A DNA stretch of 64,000 nt from a virus (IMGVR_UViG_3300017951_000010:1-64000); one strand, 5' to 3'. Positions 40,440 to 50,682 are shown, numbered from the stretch's first letter. A program made the numbers and translations. Notes: a model not told the origin generated them from the letters alone.

Positions 40440-41076
40440 CTATAAATTCTTTCAGTAAGTTTGCCCATTGTCTATGCCCTTCCGTGGATGGATGTGGATC
40501 ATTGGGACTGACAATCAAGTTCTTTTCTGCGATAAATTCCATTTGACTTATTCCTGGATTAAAAAATCTCTGCATGTTTATCGCTTTCTTTATCACGTCA
40601 AAATCCGACACACCACTTTCGAAATCATTTGGCAGGCTGTTGTACATCACGTACGGAATACGTTTGCGCTCAAAATAATTCTGTAAATCAAACACATTGT
40701 CAAGAAAATTCATAATTAGGTTGTTTTCGATGTCCCATCCTCTGTTGGATCTTAGAAAACTTACGTTGTCTAGGGTTTTCCATGTTCTCCAAGTCAAATC
40801 TGTACCAGGAATCCTGTCTTTTTTCCAACCATCATTTGTCACGTAATCATTTCTATGAGAACTAGACCAACCAATGACTGCAAATTTATCTTTTGTATCA
40901 TTCTGCTCGAACCAAACCTTTGTGCTGAAACTAATACGATCGTTACCCCTACCACCCATGGCCAGGTTGACCAAGTCTGTTTGATACTCTTTGGCTAAAA
41001 TTTTTGCGGTGTGGGTTTCTACTCCATCTTTTGGTCGATCAGTCAAAAAACTGCAACCGTTTGAGAATATTGTCAT
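40414..41076 (-). CDS. SGNH/GDSL-like protein (start revised to MTIFSNGCSF)
   Basis: NGCSF, NLAMGGRGND, IGWS, DPHPSTEGH; extended -10 TGCTATAAT 7 nt before ATG. Confidence 0.7.
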   Translation of the reverse strand: MTIFSNGCSFLTDRPKDGVETHTAKILAKEYQTDLVNLAMGGRGNDRISFSTKVWFEQNDTKDKFAVIGWSSSHRNDYVTNDGWKKDRIPGTDLTWRTWKTLDNVSFLRSNRGWDIENNLIMNFLDNVFDLQNYFERKRIPYVMYNSLPNDFESGVSDFDVIKKAINMQRFFNPGISQMEFIAEKNLIVSPNDPHPSTEGHRQWANLLKEFIDANNLRSI

Positions 41077-41106
41077 GTGTGTCATTATAGCATAATTATT
41101 ATTTGA

Positions 41107-42195
41107 ATGCCAGCAAAAAACATAAATGACATACGATTTTTTACAGATCGTTGGGAAACAATAGACCGAACTTACGAATATGATGTAAACTATCATCCAT
41201 CTGTGCCCTCAAAATTTAAATCTTTACCAACTTTTGTTTCGGAGTTTTATGATTGTAAAGTCAATAGTTGTCCCGTGTTGCTGACCAGAGACAATCAACT
41301 GGTCTCTGACTTTATCTGGGGGCTAAGATCTAATACCAAGCACAAACCCAGTAAGACACATAAACTATGGTCATTCTGGGGCGAGTCGGTCGATATAAAA
41401 CTGCCACAGGTGACCGAAAACTTCAACGAGTCAAACTTGTATGTTTGGTTACCAGTTGACGAATACTGCGTTGGCAATCCATGGCACATTTGGATAGATG
41501 TGATTTCAAAGTTCAGGCTAGTTGAAAAGCGTTGGTCAACTAATTTTGCCAATTACTGTTTTATACTTGCAAACAAAAGTCCTTATCTTGAAAAAATTTG
41601 CAAAGCGTTGTTTCCAGATGTGAAGATTGTTGTCATGCCAAAGGGTGAAACTTGGCATTTCAAACACCTAATTGTTCCTAGCCTCAGCAATTCTGATGAT
41701 GGTGTAATTGTTCCACCATTGGCTCAATGGCTAAGGCATTTCAAAGGACTCCCTAAACTAAAAGAAATCAAACCCGACAAAAAGATTGTTGTTCTGAGGC
41801 CGGGCGCAACGTCTAGAAGAATCACTAATTCGGACGAACTACTATTGAAATTAAAAGGATGGCACACAGTAAGTTTAGAAACAATGTCCATAGAAGACCA
41901 AATGCGTGTGTTTGCGGAATCGACTCATGTACTAGCGGCACACGGTGCAGGACTAACAAATCTTCTGTGGTGTAATCCTGGAACCAAGGTCATAGAGATA
42001 CAGGACAGGAACATGTTACACAAAAAGGTATACCCGTTGTTGTCTTACCACCTGGGTCTGAAACATGAATTGTATATAGCAGACAGTGAACGGATTCATT
42101 TGCAGGGCGGAAAGAGGCCTAAGGGCATAAAAAGATTTAGTGACATGATCGACTTCAAAATCAACATACCGGAAATAATGGAGATATTAGATTGA
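41107..42195 (+). CDS. Glycosyltransferase family 61-like
   Basis: NPWHIWID, RRITNSDE, AAHGAGLTNLLW..PGTKVIEI. Confidence 0.85.
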   Translation: MPAKNINDIRFFTDRWETIDRTYEYDVNYHPSVPSKFKSLPTFVSEFYDCKVNSCPVLLTRDNQLVSDFIWGLRSNTKHKPSKTHKLWSFWGESVDIKLPQVTENFNESNLYVWLPVDEYCVGNPWHIWIDVISKFRLVEKRWSTNFANYCFILANKSPYLEKICKALFPDVKIVVMPKGETWHFKHLIVPSLSNSDDGVIVPPLAQWLRHFKGLPKLKEIKPDKKIVVLRPGATSRRITNSDELLLKLKGWHTVSLETMSIEDQMRVFAESTHVLAAHGAGLTNLLWCNPGTKVIEIQDRNMLHKKVYPLLSYHLGLKHELYIADSERIHLQGGKRPKGIKRFSDMIDFKINIPEIMEILD

Positions 42196-42938
42196 TGCAC
42201 TCCATACTTAAAAATTTCAAGGCAGTTGTAACTGATCCATATCCACATTTTATAATAGAAGACGCATTACCTTGGGATCTTTACTCTACACTGGAACATG
42301 AATGGCCTGCTGAACAGATGCTATCTACCAAACCCTATGATAATGGTGTATGCTACAGGTTGAAAGCGGACGTTATGCTGAAACAAGGTGAAGTGTCTGA
42401 GACATGGAGAAATTTCTGTGAGTATCACACATCGGTTGAATTCTTTGATGAGGTTAGAAATATATTCAAAGATTACATAGAACCATTACAAGGCAAACTG
42501 GGAGCTCGGGGTTGGGCAGAAAATGATGCAGAGGTTTGGACTGACTGCCAGACTGTGATGCATAAGCCTATCACCTATACGTCCAGAACCGCCCACATCG
42601 ACAACCCGATGGAGATGTACGCTGGATTGCTTTACATGCCATACCCCGATGATAAAAGTTTAGGAGGTGAATTCCAGATACACAAAGCAATCAACGACAT
42701 AACAAAGGTAGACAAATCTAAAGGTAGACAAATATATGACGAGGACCTAGGTGACGTTGTCACTACTGTTCCCTACAAACCAAACACTTTCGTGATGTTT
42801 TGTAATTCTACCCCAAACGCAATACACAGTGTTACACCGCGTATTCATCCGCAACTACACAGGCGCAGTGTAAACATAATAGGTGAGTACAGCAGACAGA
42901 GTGGCAAGTCTATGTATAAAGTGACAGAATTGAAATGA
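42195..42938 (+). CDS. 2OG-Fe(II) oxygenase
   Basis: DPYPHF, AHIDNP (HxD), AIHSVTPR, RRSVN. Confidence 0.85.
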   Translation: MHSILKNFKAVVTDPYPHFIIEDALPWDLYSTLEHEWPAEQMLSTKPYDNGVCYRLKADVMLKQGEVSETWRNFCEYHTSVEFFDEVRNIFKDYIEPLQGKLGARGWAENDAEVWTDCQTVMHKPITYTSRTAHIDNPMEMYAGLLYMPYPDDKSLGGEFQIHKAINDITKVDKSKGRQIYDEDLGDVVTTVPYKPNTFVMFCNSTPNAIHSVTPRIHPQLHRRSVNIIGEYSRQSGKSMYKVTELK

Positions 42939-43750
42939 TAGCAGGCATACACACCACCAAACAACGAACCCAGAGATATGTTGACGCATTCGTTAGAGGC
43001 ACGCCAGGACCCAACACGATATACCAGTTCAGGGACCTGACTAGGTTACCTGAAGAAAAGCTCACAATGTATGGCATACTGGCAGGATCCGGAGAGGTGT
43101 ACAAGTGGTGCCAGAGAGAACAAAAAGATTTCTATTTCATGGACCATGGATACTTCAAAAACTGCCATGATGAACCTCATTGGCTACGCATCACACGAAA
43201 CGCACACTGTCAAAACAAGATCACGACAACAAAGACAGACAGGTATGAGAAATATTTCAAGAAAGATATTAAGCCATGGAACAAAAATGGAAAGAGCATA
43301 CTGGTACTCCCGCCAACAAATGCTATAAGCAATTTCTTCCAGGTCACGGACTGGCTTGACAAAACAATGGCCACCTTGAAGAACAACACAGACAGACCCA
43401 TAGAAGTGCGAGAGAAACCCTACAATCCAACTATAGAAGTAGATCATGTCGGGGCCACTGTCAAAGTGGACAGGCCAACAAATCACCAAGGCAAAATAGA
43501 ATGGAGCAAGTATTTCGCCACTGTCACGTACAATTCCAACACCATGGTGGAGAGCCTTACCAACGGAGTCCCCGTTCTGTGCGATCCGGTCAACTGTGCG
43601 GCGGCACCAATATCAGAAACTGATTTCAGTAAAATAGAATCGCCTAAATACGGTGACAGAGTTGCCTTATTTTCAAATTTGGCCTACAACAATTGGAACA
43701 TGGAAGAAATGGCTAATGGTACAGCATGGAGAATGATTAATGAAAGTTGA
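42935..43750 (+). CDS. GT-B KpsS-like paralog 2
   Basis: MDHGYF, VREKP, VTYNSNTMVESLTNGVPV, LAYNNW. Confidence 0.7.
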   Translation: MIAGIHTTKQRTQRYVDAFVRGTPGPNTIYQFRDLTRLPEEKLTMYGILAGSGEVYKWCQREQKDFYFMDHGYFKNCHDEPHWLRITRNAHCQNKITTTKTDRYEKYFKKDIKPWNKNGKSILVLPPTNAISNFFQVTDWLDKTMATLKNNTDRPIEVREKPYNPTIEVDHVGATVKVDRPTNHQGKIEWSKYFATVTYNSNTMVESLTNGVPVLCDPVNCAAAPISETDFSKIESPKYGDRVALFSNLAYNNWNMEEMANGTAWRMINES

Positions 43751-44723
43751 AATTTTTAGAAGAACGGTAAAAGATAGGAGAAAAGGCAACAGTTGGGACT
43801 TGTTGTATCACCTAAAGGAAGGCATAGAAGCCGCGGGAGATGAAGCAGTTATAGTCAATGAACACAGGACTGGACCAACAGTTCCAGGAGAAATGACACC
43901 GACTGCACCCATGGCGGCCATGTTTGGTTATGGCGGTGACCGACAAATGCACCACACCAAAGGCAGACGTAGAGAACTTGCAGACAACTGTAGGGCAAAG
44001 AAGATTCCTCTCATAACTTTTGACGGTGGTGTTTTATCGAGTTTTGGTAACGTGTCAACGTCACCAGATCATCATTTCAGGGTATCCTTGTACACCCCGA
44101 TGAATGACGGGAACTTCCTGTCTGACAACAGTCCAGGTGATCGTTGGGAAATGATGCGTAAGAAATTCAAAGTAAAATATGAACCATGGCGTAAATCCAA
44201 TCAAGAAGACCCTATAATATTCGTATTACAGCCAAAAGACAACTGGAGCATGAACGAGCTAGACCCTATCGAATGGTTCAACGGCGTATATGAAAAACTT
44301 AGACCGATAACAGACAGAAAATTTATAGTCAGGCCACATCCAAATAATGTGGCATCAATTGACGACAGGCGAAAAGAATTTCCTGACGATATAGAACTAC
44401 AATTCACACAAAAACATTTTGCCGGAGATGAAAAAAAGCACTATAGATTCAATTTCCAAGATACTATAACTAATTGTCATGCTGTTGTTACTCACAATTC
44501 TACTGCCAGCGTCGACTCTTGCGTTCGTGGGATACCTACCTTTTGTACCTCAGATCTTGCGCTTTGTTGGCCTGTAGCAAACAAAGATCTAAACAGGATC
44601 GAAACGCCCGAATATCCGGACCGGACACAATGGTTGCATGACCTTGGCTATAAGATGTGGAGCATCAAAGAAATCAGAGACGGCACAGTATACAAAAGGT
44701 TCAAAGAAAAACTAGGACTATGA
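43740..44723 (+). CDS. GT-B KpsS-like paralog 3
   Basis: VRPHP, VTHNSTASVDSCVRGIPTF, WLHDLGYKMW. Confidence 0.7.
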   Translation: MKVEIFRRTVKDRRKGNSWDLLYHLKEGIEAAGDEAVIVNEHRTGPTVPGEMTPTAPMAAMFGYGGDRQMHHTKGRRRELADNCRAKKIPLITFDGGVLSSFGNVSTSPDHHFRVSLYTPMNDGNFLSDNSPGDRWEMMRKKFKVKYEPWRKSNQEDPIIFVLQPKDNWSMNELDPIEWFNGVYEKLRPITDRKFIVRPHPNNVASIDDRRKEFPDDIELQFTQKHFAGDEKKHYRFNFQDTITNCHAVVTHNSTASVDSCVRGIPTFCTSDLALCWPVANKDLNRIETPEYPDRTQWLHDLGYKMWSIKEIRDGTVYKRFKEKLGL

Positions 44724-45580
44724 CGAGTCTTGCAGTAATTACAACTTTTCCACCAAAAAACAACTACGCTGATAGGATGATTCAAAGTCATATCGACAAT
44801 TGGCCCGATGACGTGACACTTTATGCCTACTACGAAAAAAACAAGCCAACACTCGAACACCCAAAAGTCAAATACGTAGACACAGAAGCGGTGAACCCTG
44901 AACTTGTAAGATTCAAAAATCGCCATAAAAATGATCCTGTGGCGAATGGTGAGACCACACCCATACCTGGGGGAGTAAGAAGATTGCCAAATGCAGGAGA
45001 CCTAGACAGAGGCAAAGGTTCCTTTCTTTGGGACGCGGTAAGGTTTTCTCACAAAGTCTTTTGTGTTGCACACGCCATTGAAAACATCGACAACGACTAC
45101 TTGCTTTGGCTTGATGCTGACACCTACACGTTCCGTCCGATAACAAAAAAGTTTGTGACGGATCTATTGCCGAACGACAAACTTGTAAACTACCTAGGGA
45201 GGCCAACATATCCCGAGTGTGGTTGGGTATGCTACAATAGGAGACATCCAAAAATAAAAGAGTTTATCCACCAATGGACAAAACTATATACTAATGACAC
45301 AATATTCAACGAGCTGGAATGGCACGACAGTTATCTGTTTTGGCAGGTATTACAGCGAGTGGCTCCTGACCAAGGCGTGGACATAGGACACGGTGCGGGA
45401 GTACAAGGACTGCATGTTTTCGTGAACAGTGTTCTAGGAGAATATGTCGATCACATGAAAGGAAAAAGGAAATTGAAGGGCAAAAGTTCAAAATCAGACC
45501 TTAGAGTAAAAAGAGATCAACAATATTGGCAGACGGTTGAAGACTACAACCCGTTTGCAAAACAAGGAGACAAAAAATAA
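44720..45580 (+). CDS. GT-A nucleotide-diphospho-sugar transferase paralog A
   Basis: WDAVRFSHKVF, WLDAD (DxD), YLGR, WHDS, DHMKG. Confidence 0.8.
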   Translation: MTSLAVITTFPPKNNYADRMIQSHIDNWPDDVTLYAYYEKNKPTLEHPKVKYVDTEAVNPELVRFKNRHKNDPVANGETTPIPGGVRRLPNAGDLDRGKGSFLWDAVRFSHKVFCVAHAIENIDNDYLLWLDADTYTFRPITKKFVTDLLPNDKLVNYLGRPTYPECGWVCYNRRHPKIKEFIHQWTKLYTNDTIFNELEWHDSYLFWQVLQRVAPDQGVDIGHGAGVQGLHVFVNSVLGEYVDHMKGKRKLKGKSSKSDLRVKRDQQYWQTVEDYNPFAKQGDKK

Positions 45581-46738
45581 ATGAAATACCCACTAGCATA
45601 CTCCACTTGGGGCAAAGAAGAATTAGATGCAATACAAAAAGTGATTGACACGGACATGTACACCATGGGCAAACATGTAAAACAATTTGAGAATGAATTT
45701 GCAGAACTTTTCCACTCTCCCAATGCCATCATGGTAAATTCTGGTTCGAGCGCAAACCTTTTGATGCTCAGCCTTTTAAAATGGAAATACAAACTGACAG
45801 GTGACATAATTGTTCCTGTTGTAGGTTGGGCAACTACCTATTTCCCAATAGCACAAAATGGCTTTAAGATAAACTTTGTTGATGTAGATCCAAACACATG
45901 GAACATAGATGTTAACAAAATAGAACAGGCGATTACACCAAACACCTGTGCAATTATGCCAGTAAATTTGTTGGGCAATAGTTGTGACTACCAAGCAATC
46001 AAAAGCATTTGCGATAAACATAACCTTGTTCTTATAGAAGACAACTGCGAGTCGATGGGTGCTAAATTCAACGAGCAACACACGGGCACCTTTGGCCTGG
46101 CCGGCTCATTCAGTTTCTTCTTTAGTCATCACATACAAACAATGGAAGGCGGTATGATATTGTGCCGAGACAAGGAAGACGCGGACTACCTAAGGAGTAT
46201 GAGGGCACACGGTTGGGTAAGAGAATTGCCTGACAATTCTTCATTGTATCAAAAAACAGGAAATGCATTTGATGATAATTTTATATTTGCCACTCCGGGA
46301 TACAATCTACGTCCTCTAGAAATGAGTGGAGCGATTGGCTCTGTCCAACTTACAAAATGGGATTCAATCATGTCCACTAGATTGGCCAACGCCAAACATT
46401 TTTTAAATTTGTTCTCAAACAAATCGTGGTGCAGGATACAACAGGAGACCGGTAAAAGCAGTTGGTTCACATTTGGGATAGTGCTTGATGGAAAACTAAA
46501 AGGAAGGCGGCCAGAAGTGATAGACGCATTGTCTAAGGCAGGCATACAGAACAGACCGTTGGCATCGAGGAATTTTCTTAAACAACCAGTTATGCCAAAC
46601 TTAGACTACATGGTGTCTGGTACAACGGAGTCGGCTGATGACATACACGAAAACGGATTTTTTGTTGGCAACGGAAGTGTTGGTATACAAGAAGAGATCA
46701 GCCAGATGTATGAAATAATCAGTGGTATTGCAAAATGA
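45581..46738 (+). CDS. colD: PLP-dependent GDP-4-keto-6-deoxymannose 3-dehydratase (ColD-type DegT family)
   Basis: VNSGSSAN, EDNCES, SFFFSHHIQTMEGG (His in place of the Schiff-base Lys), RAHGW, GYNLRPLEMSGAIG. Confidence 0.85.
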   Translation: MKYPLAYSTWGKEELDAIQKVIDTDMYTMGKHVKQFENEFAELFHSPNAIMVNSGSSANLLMLSLLKWKYKLTGDIIVPVVGWATTYFPIAQNGFKINFVDVDPNTWNIDVNKIEQAITPNTCAIMPVNLLGNSCDYQAIKSICDKHNLVLIEDNCESMGAKFNEQHTGTFGLAGSFSFFFSHHIQTMEGGMILCRDKEDADYLRSMRAHGWVRELPDNSSLYQKTGNAFDDNFIFATPGYNLRPLEMSGAIGSVQLTKWDSIMSTRLANAKHFLNLFSNKSWCRIQQETGKSSWFTFGIVLDGKLKGRRPEVIDALSKAGIQNRPLASRNFLKQPVMPNLDYMVSGTTESADDIHENGFFVGNGSVGIQEEISQMYEIISGIAK

Positions 46739-47607
46739 AAAGTTTAACAATCGCAACAACCTGGGGCACGAAATACCATCCTAACCCTGTGGTTCCGTGT
46801 GTAGAAAGCACTATCAAAAACTGGCCCGAACATGCCAAGATACTTTTATATCCAGACGACATGAACCAATCTATAAAATCACCTCGTGTGCAAAACATAG
46901 ATCTGTTACAGGCACAACCAAAACTGCAAGAATTCATTAACAGGCATAAAGACGACCCGATGTTGAATCCTCGAATACGACAAAATACACAGGAGCAAAA
47001 AGGATTCGACAAAGACACCTCGATATATGTGTACGATGCAGTGCGTTTTAGTTATAAAGTTTTTGCGTGTATAGACGCTTGGCAAAGGACCAAACCTGAT
47101 ATGCTATGGTTCTTGGATGCTGATCTACTGACATTTGAAAAGATCCCAATGTCTTGGCTAGAACACATAATGCCAGATACAGCGTTCACGTCTTATCTGG
47201 GCCGACCAAAAAAAGGTTTTTCTGAGACTGGATACTACGCATTTAACACCGCACACAAATACACAGGCGAATTTTTTGAGAGATGGGAACAGTACTACAC
47301 AGAAGATTTATTTTTCAACATACAAAAGGGTTTTCTAAACCATTTTCCAATATCAGGGTACACAGACTCGTTCACGTTTGATGCTGTCAGGATCGAAATG
47401 GAACAGGCTGGTAAAATAAAAAATGAAGACCTAAATGACGGCAGGTGGGCGGGCGAAAGAAAGGCCAGGCATCCATTTATCAATTCAGAATTGGGACAGT
47501 ACATGGACCACATGAAAGGTTACACAAGAAAGTCTGCAATGAGCTCTAAAAAAAGAGACCTTACCACTAAACAGACACATCCATATTGGCAAACACTAAA
47601 AGATTAG
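46735..47607 (+). CDS. GT-A nucleotide-diphospho-sugar transferase paralog B
   Basis: YDAVRFSYKVF, FLDAD, YLGRP, ETG, DHMKG. Confidence 0.8.
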   Translation: MKSLTIATTWGTKYHPNPVVPCVESTIKNWPEHAKILLYPDDMNQSIKSPRVQNIDLLQAQPKLQEFINRHKDDPMLNPRIRQNTQEQKGFDKDTSIYVYDAVRFSYKVFACIDAWQRTKPDMLWFLDADLLTFEKIPMSWLEHIMPDTAFTSYLGRPKKGFSETGYYAFNTAHKYTGEFFERWEQYYTEDLFFNIQKGFLNHFPISGYTDSFTFDAVRIEMEQAGKIKNEDLNDGRWAGERKARHPFINSELGQYMDHMKGYTRKSAMSSKKRDLTTKQTHPYWQTLKD

Positions 47608-47623
47608 GTTAGTAAATATGGCT

Positions 47624-48559
47624 ATGAGATCACTTATAACAGGTTGCCAAGGTTTCATAGGCAAAAATCTAGCACAGCATCTAAAAAAACAAGGACATCA
47701 TGTCACTGGAATCGATAAAAAACTAAAAGTGGGTGATCCTGTTTTTGTTGATGATTTTGTAGGACACGACATGGAGTCAAGAATTACAATAGACAACGAC
47801 TTTGACAGGATATATCACCTGAGTGCTGACGTGCCAAATTCAAAAAATGTTGGATCAGCTCAACTTGGCACTGGCAGAAGTAACCCTATTCAGACAATAC
47901 AAGCAATGGATTTTGCGGCTAAAAATAAATCACATTTTATATATGCTGTGTCTGCCATGATATACAACACTAGTTTTCAAGGTCATAACGGACCTGACCT
48001 TAATGAAGATGAACACATATGGCCTGCACAGCCGGCTGGCAATATATACGGAATGGAAAAATTATACAACATGCAATTGGCACAAGAATACGCAAAAAGT
48101 TATGGCATGAAAATTTCGTTACCTATATTCCACGCCATGTACGGTCCACACTGTGATGTGCTTGAAAATTCTAAAGTTGTAGCGGCAACTTGCCTAAAAA
48201 TAATCAAAGCCAATGATCCTGGAGAAATTGAAATTTGGGGTGACGGAACGCAAATTAGATCCTTCTGCTACATTGATGACTTGATGATAGGGCTTGACAA
48301 ATTAATTGAAAATGACGTGCAAATACCAATCAACATGGGATCAGATGAAGCGATCACCATGAACCAATTAGCAGACATGCTGATCGACATATCAGGGAAA
48401 AAAATAAAAAAGACATACCTTCCATCCGGACCGGCTGGTTGTATGCGAAGAAATTCTGACAATACGAAAATTAAAAAATTGACAGGCTGGAAGCCAAACT
48501 ATCCACTCCTAGAAGGACTGAAAAAAACATACGAATACGTACAGACAGTAGTAAAATGA
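47624..48559 (+). CDS. NAD-dependent sugar epimerase, GDP-mannose 3,5-epimerase-like
   Basis: ITGCQGFIG, YGMEK (YxxxK), IWGDGTQIRSF, NMGSDE, RNSDN; TAAATA 5 nt before ATG. Confidence 0.85.
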   Translation: MRSLITGCQGFIGKNLAQHLKKQGHHVTGIDKKLKVGDPVFVDDFVGHDMESRITIDNDFDRIYHLSADVPNSKNVGSAQLGTGRSNPIQTIQAMDFAAKNKSHFIYAVSAMIYNTSFQGHNGPDLNEDEHIWPAQPAGNIYGMEKLYNMQLAQEYAKSYGMKISLPIFHAMYGPHCDVLENSKVVAATCLKIIKANDPGEIEIWGDGTQIRSFCYIDDLMIGLDKLIENDVQIPINMGSDEAITMNQLADMLIDISGKKIKKTYLPSGPAGCMRRNSDNTKIKKLTGWKPNYPLLEGLKKTYEYVQTVVK

Positions 48560-49428
48560 AACTAGAAATATGGACGGACTACGGTCCATTGAATTCAAAA
48601 CCAATTTTTCACGCATTCATCCAAAGCGTTCGTGACGCCGGAGACCAAGTTTACGAAAATAGGTCGACCAACGCCGACGTGGCTGTAATATGGAGCGTGT
48701 TATGGCGAGGCAGGATGCAATCTTACAGACCAATCTGGGAAAAGTACAGGACAGAAGGCAAACCGGTCGTTGTCATAGAAGTGGGCGGTCTAAGACGCAA
48801 TCAAAGTTTCAAGATAGGAATCAATGGCATAAACAGAGATGCAGATTTTGCCAATCAAGAGTTTGATGACAAACGTTGGCCATTGTTTAGACACGAATTG
48901 AAGCCGTGGAATCCAACAGGAGAGATGATAGTAATATGTGGACAACATGATCAATCGGAACAATGGAAGGGGTTACCTAGAATGGGCACCTGGATCAAAA
49001 ACCAAATTGCAGAAATCAGAAAATACACATCTCGTCCAATACTAGTGAGGCCACATCCACGAAATCAGATCCCATTTAAGGAAAGTGATTTCAAGAACGT
49101 CAAAGTACGTCTGCCGAGGCGAGACTACAAAACATACGACGACACAGACTTCAAGGCTGTGCTAGGCCGTGCGTGGGCAATCATCAACCATAGTTCTAAT
49201 CCTGCCATAGAGTCAGTGATAAACGGAGTTCCGGTGTTTGTATCGCAATCTAGTTTATGCCATGATGTGGGTAACTTATCAATTTCAGACATAAACACAC
49301 CTGCTATGCCAAATAGAATGCAGTGGGCCAACAGGCTTGCCTACACTGAATGGTTCGAAGACGAGATTAGACAGGGATTGCCATGGCAAAGAATCAAAAA
49401 ACGACTGCAGGAGAAATACCTCAAATGA
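48556..49428 (+). CDS. GT-B KpsS-like paralog 4
   Basis: IEVGGL, VRPHP, INHSSNPAIESVINGVPVF, LAYTEW. Confidence 0.7.
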   Translation: MKLEIWTDYGPLNSKPIFHAFIQSVRDAGDQVYENRSTNADVAVIWSVLWRGRMQSYRPIWEKYRTEGKPVVVIEVGGLRRNQSFKIGINGINRDADFANQEFDDKRWPLFRHELKPWNPTGEMIVICGQHDQSEQWKGLPRMGTWIKNQIAEIRKYTSRPILVRPHPRNQIPFKESDFKNVKVRLPRRDYKTYDDTDFKAVLGRAWAIINHSSNPAIESVINGVPVFVSQSSLCHDVGNLSISDINTPAMPNRMQWANRLAYTEWFEDEIRQGLPWQRIKKRLQEKYLK

Positions 49429-50186
49429 CAATAATAAACTTAGGAAAAATGAATGAAATACTACCGATAGAATTTGAAACGTACAAAGGCGAGACCATTG
49501 TTGTTAAGACAATCATAAGGGGCGGTAAAAAAATACAGGAAACAGGATACTACGAAGACAAAGTCAAAAACAAGCCGAGAGGCAATGCCTACGTGATAGG
49601 TAACGGTCCATCGAGGAAAGGTTTCGACCTCAACACACTCAAAGCCACAGGACAAACTTACGGATGCAATGCCCTGTACAGAGACTTCTTGCCAGATTTT
49701 ATCTTTAGCGTGGATACAAAAATCACAATGAAAATGGTAGAGGACGAGGTGGGTCTCAAGACAAATCATTATGCACCTGCTCTCGAAGTCAACAGGAAAC
49801 AATCAAAAGGCATGCTACACCTCATACCACACAATCCTCACTGGATATCAGGCAACGCCGCGTTCTGGACTGCATGTGTGCATGGGCACAGAAACATTTA
49901 CCTAATAGGTTTTGATTTCAGAGAATACGGCAAGGGCGAACTGAACAATATCTACCAGGACACGGAAAACTACGGCGAGAGGCATAGTGATGCCATATTT
50001 GAACAGTGGTTGAAACAATTTAGGGATCACCTGAAGATGAGACCTTACTGCCATTTTACTATTGTTCACGACAACCCACCGGATTTCCTTAACTACTTGC
50101 AGACAGGAACAGATCTTGGAAATTCCAGTCTAATGACTTACAAGGAATTTAACGATAAAGTTTTAAAAAAGCAGACTGAAACTTAG
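49425..50186 (+). CDS. GT42/Maf(DUF115)-like transferase
   Basis: VIGNGPSR, YGCNALY, SG, IYLIGFD as in CstII/Maf-type proteins. Confidence 0.65.
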   Translation: MTIINLGKMNEILPIEFETYKGETIVVKTIIRGGKKIQETGYYEDKVKNKPRGNAYVIGNGPSRKGFDLNTLKATGQTYGCNALYRDFLPDFIFSVDTKITMKMVEDEVGLKTNHYAPALEVNRKQSKGMLHLIPHNPHWISGNAAFWTACVHGHRNIYLIGFDFREYGKGELNNIYQDTENYGERHSDAIFEQWLKQFRDHLKMRPYCHFTIVHDNPPDFLNYLQTGTDLGNSSLMTYKEFNDKVLKKQTET

Positions 50187-50616
50187 GTCTAAAAGCATAG
50201 AAGTTTTAATTGTGATTTGAATAAGGATCCTTCAATACAGTCATCTGATACAGATGCACCATCTCATGAGCAAGTTTTTCGATAAAGTCTTTCCATGTAG
50301 GAAATTTACAATGTAGTTGTATGTAATATCCTTCAACAATATGATGTGGCAATTTGCGTTGATTAAATCTTCCTGCTGGTGCATGTCTGCCATCCCAATG
50401 AGCCACACATCTGCCCCAGTCCTTGTGTAACTTTTTGATTTCAATATGAACACGCCCTAATCTATTACCAAAAAGCACTGTGTTTAATTTGGTAAACCAA
50501 TGTGCAACTGCCATCCCTGTAGGTTTATACTCTCGGACGTCGCCCCTGGTCTCAAGGTTCCGTTGCAGTTGTTTTCTAAAACTTTTTATTCTACTATGTG
50601 TTTTCTTTCTTTGCAT
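50149..50616 (-). pseudogene. SprT-like zinc metalloprotease with in-frame TAA near C-terminus
   Basis: LAHEMVH (HExxH); ..SNHN*NFYAFRPKF.. continues in frame for 18 codons after the stop at 50206. Confidence 0.55.
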
Positions 50617-50618
50617 GG

Positions 50619-50646
50619 TTGACAAAATTACCAATTATTGTATAAT
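50619..50646 (+). promoter_or_regulatory. Sigma70 promoter of the replication operon
   Basis: TTGACA-16-TATAAT. Confidence 0.75.
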
Positions 50647-50682
50647 GTACTAATAATTATCTAAATTACCAGGTTTATAAAA

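Noticed and set aside
37919-50186. Glycan island as captured host LPS/capsule locus or chimeric assembly
   Set aside because: Genes overlap phage genes at the left edge, carry TAAATA motifs and lack wzx/wzy/kps export genes.
50206-50208. Stop-codon reassignment suggested by the SprT in-frame TAA
   Set aside because: Other genes are intact under the standard code and TAA, TGA and TAG all serve as normal stops.
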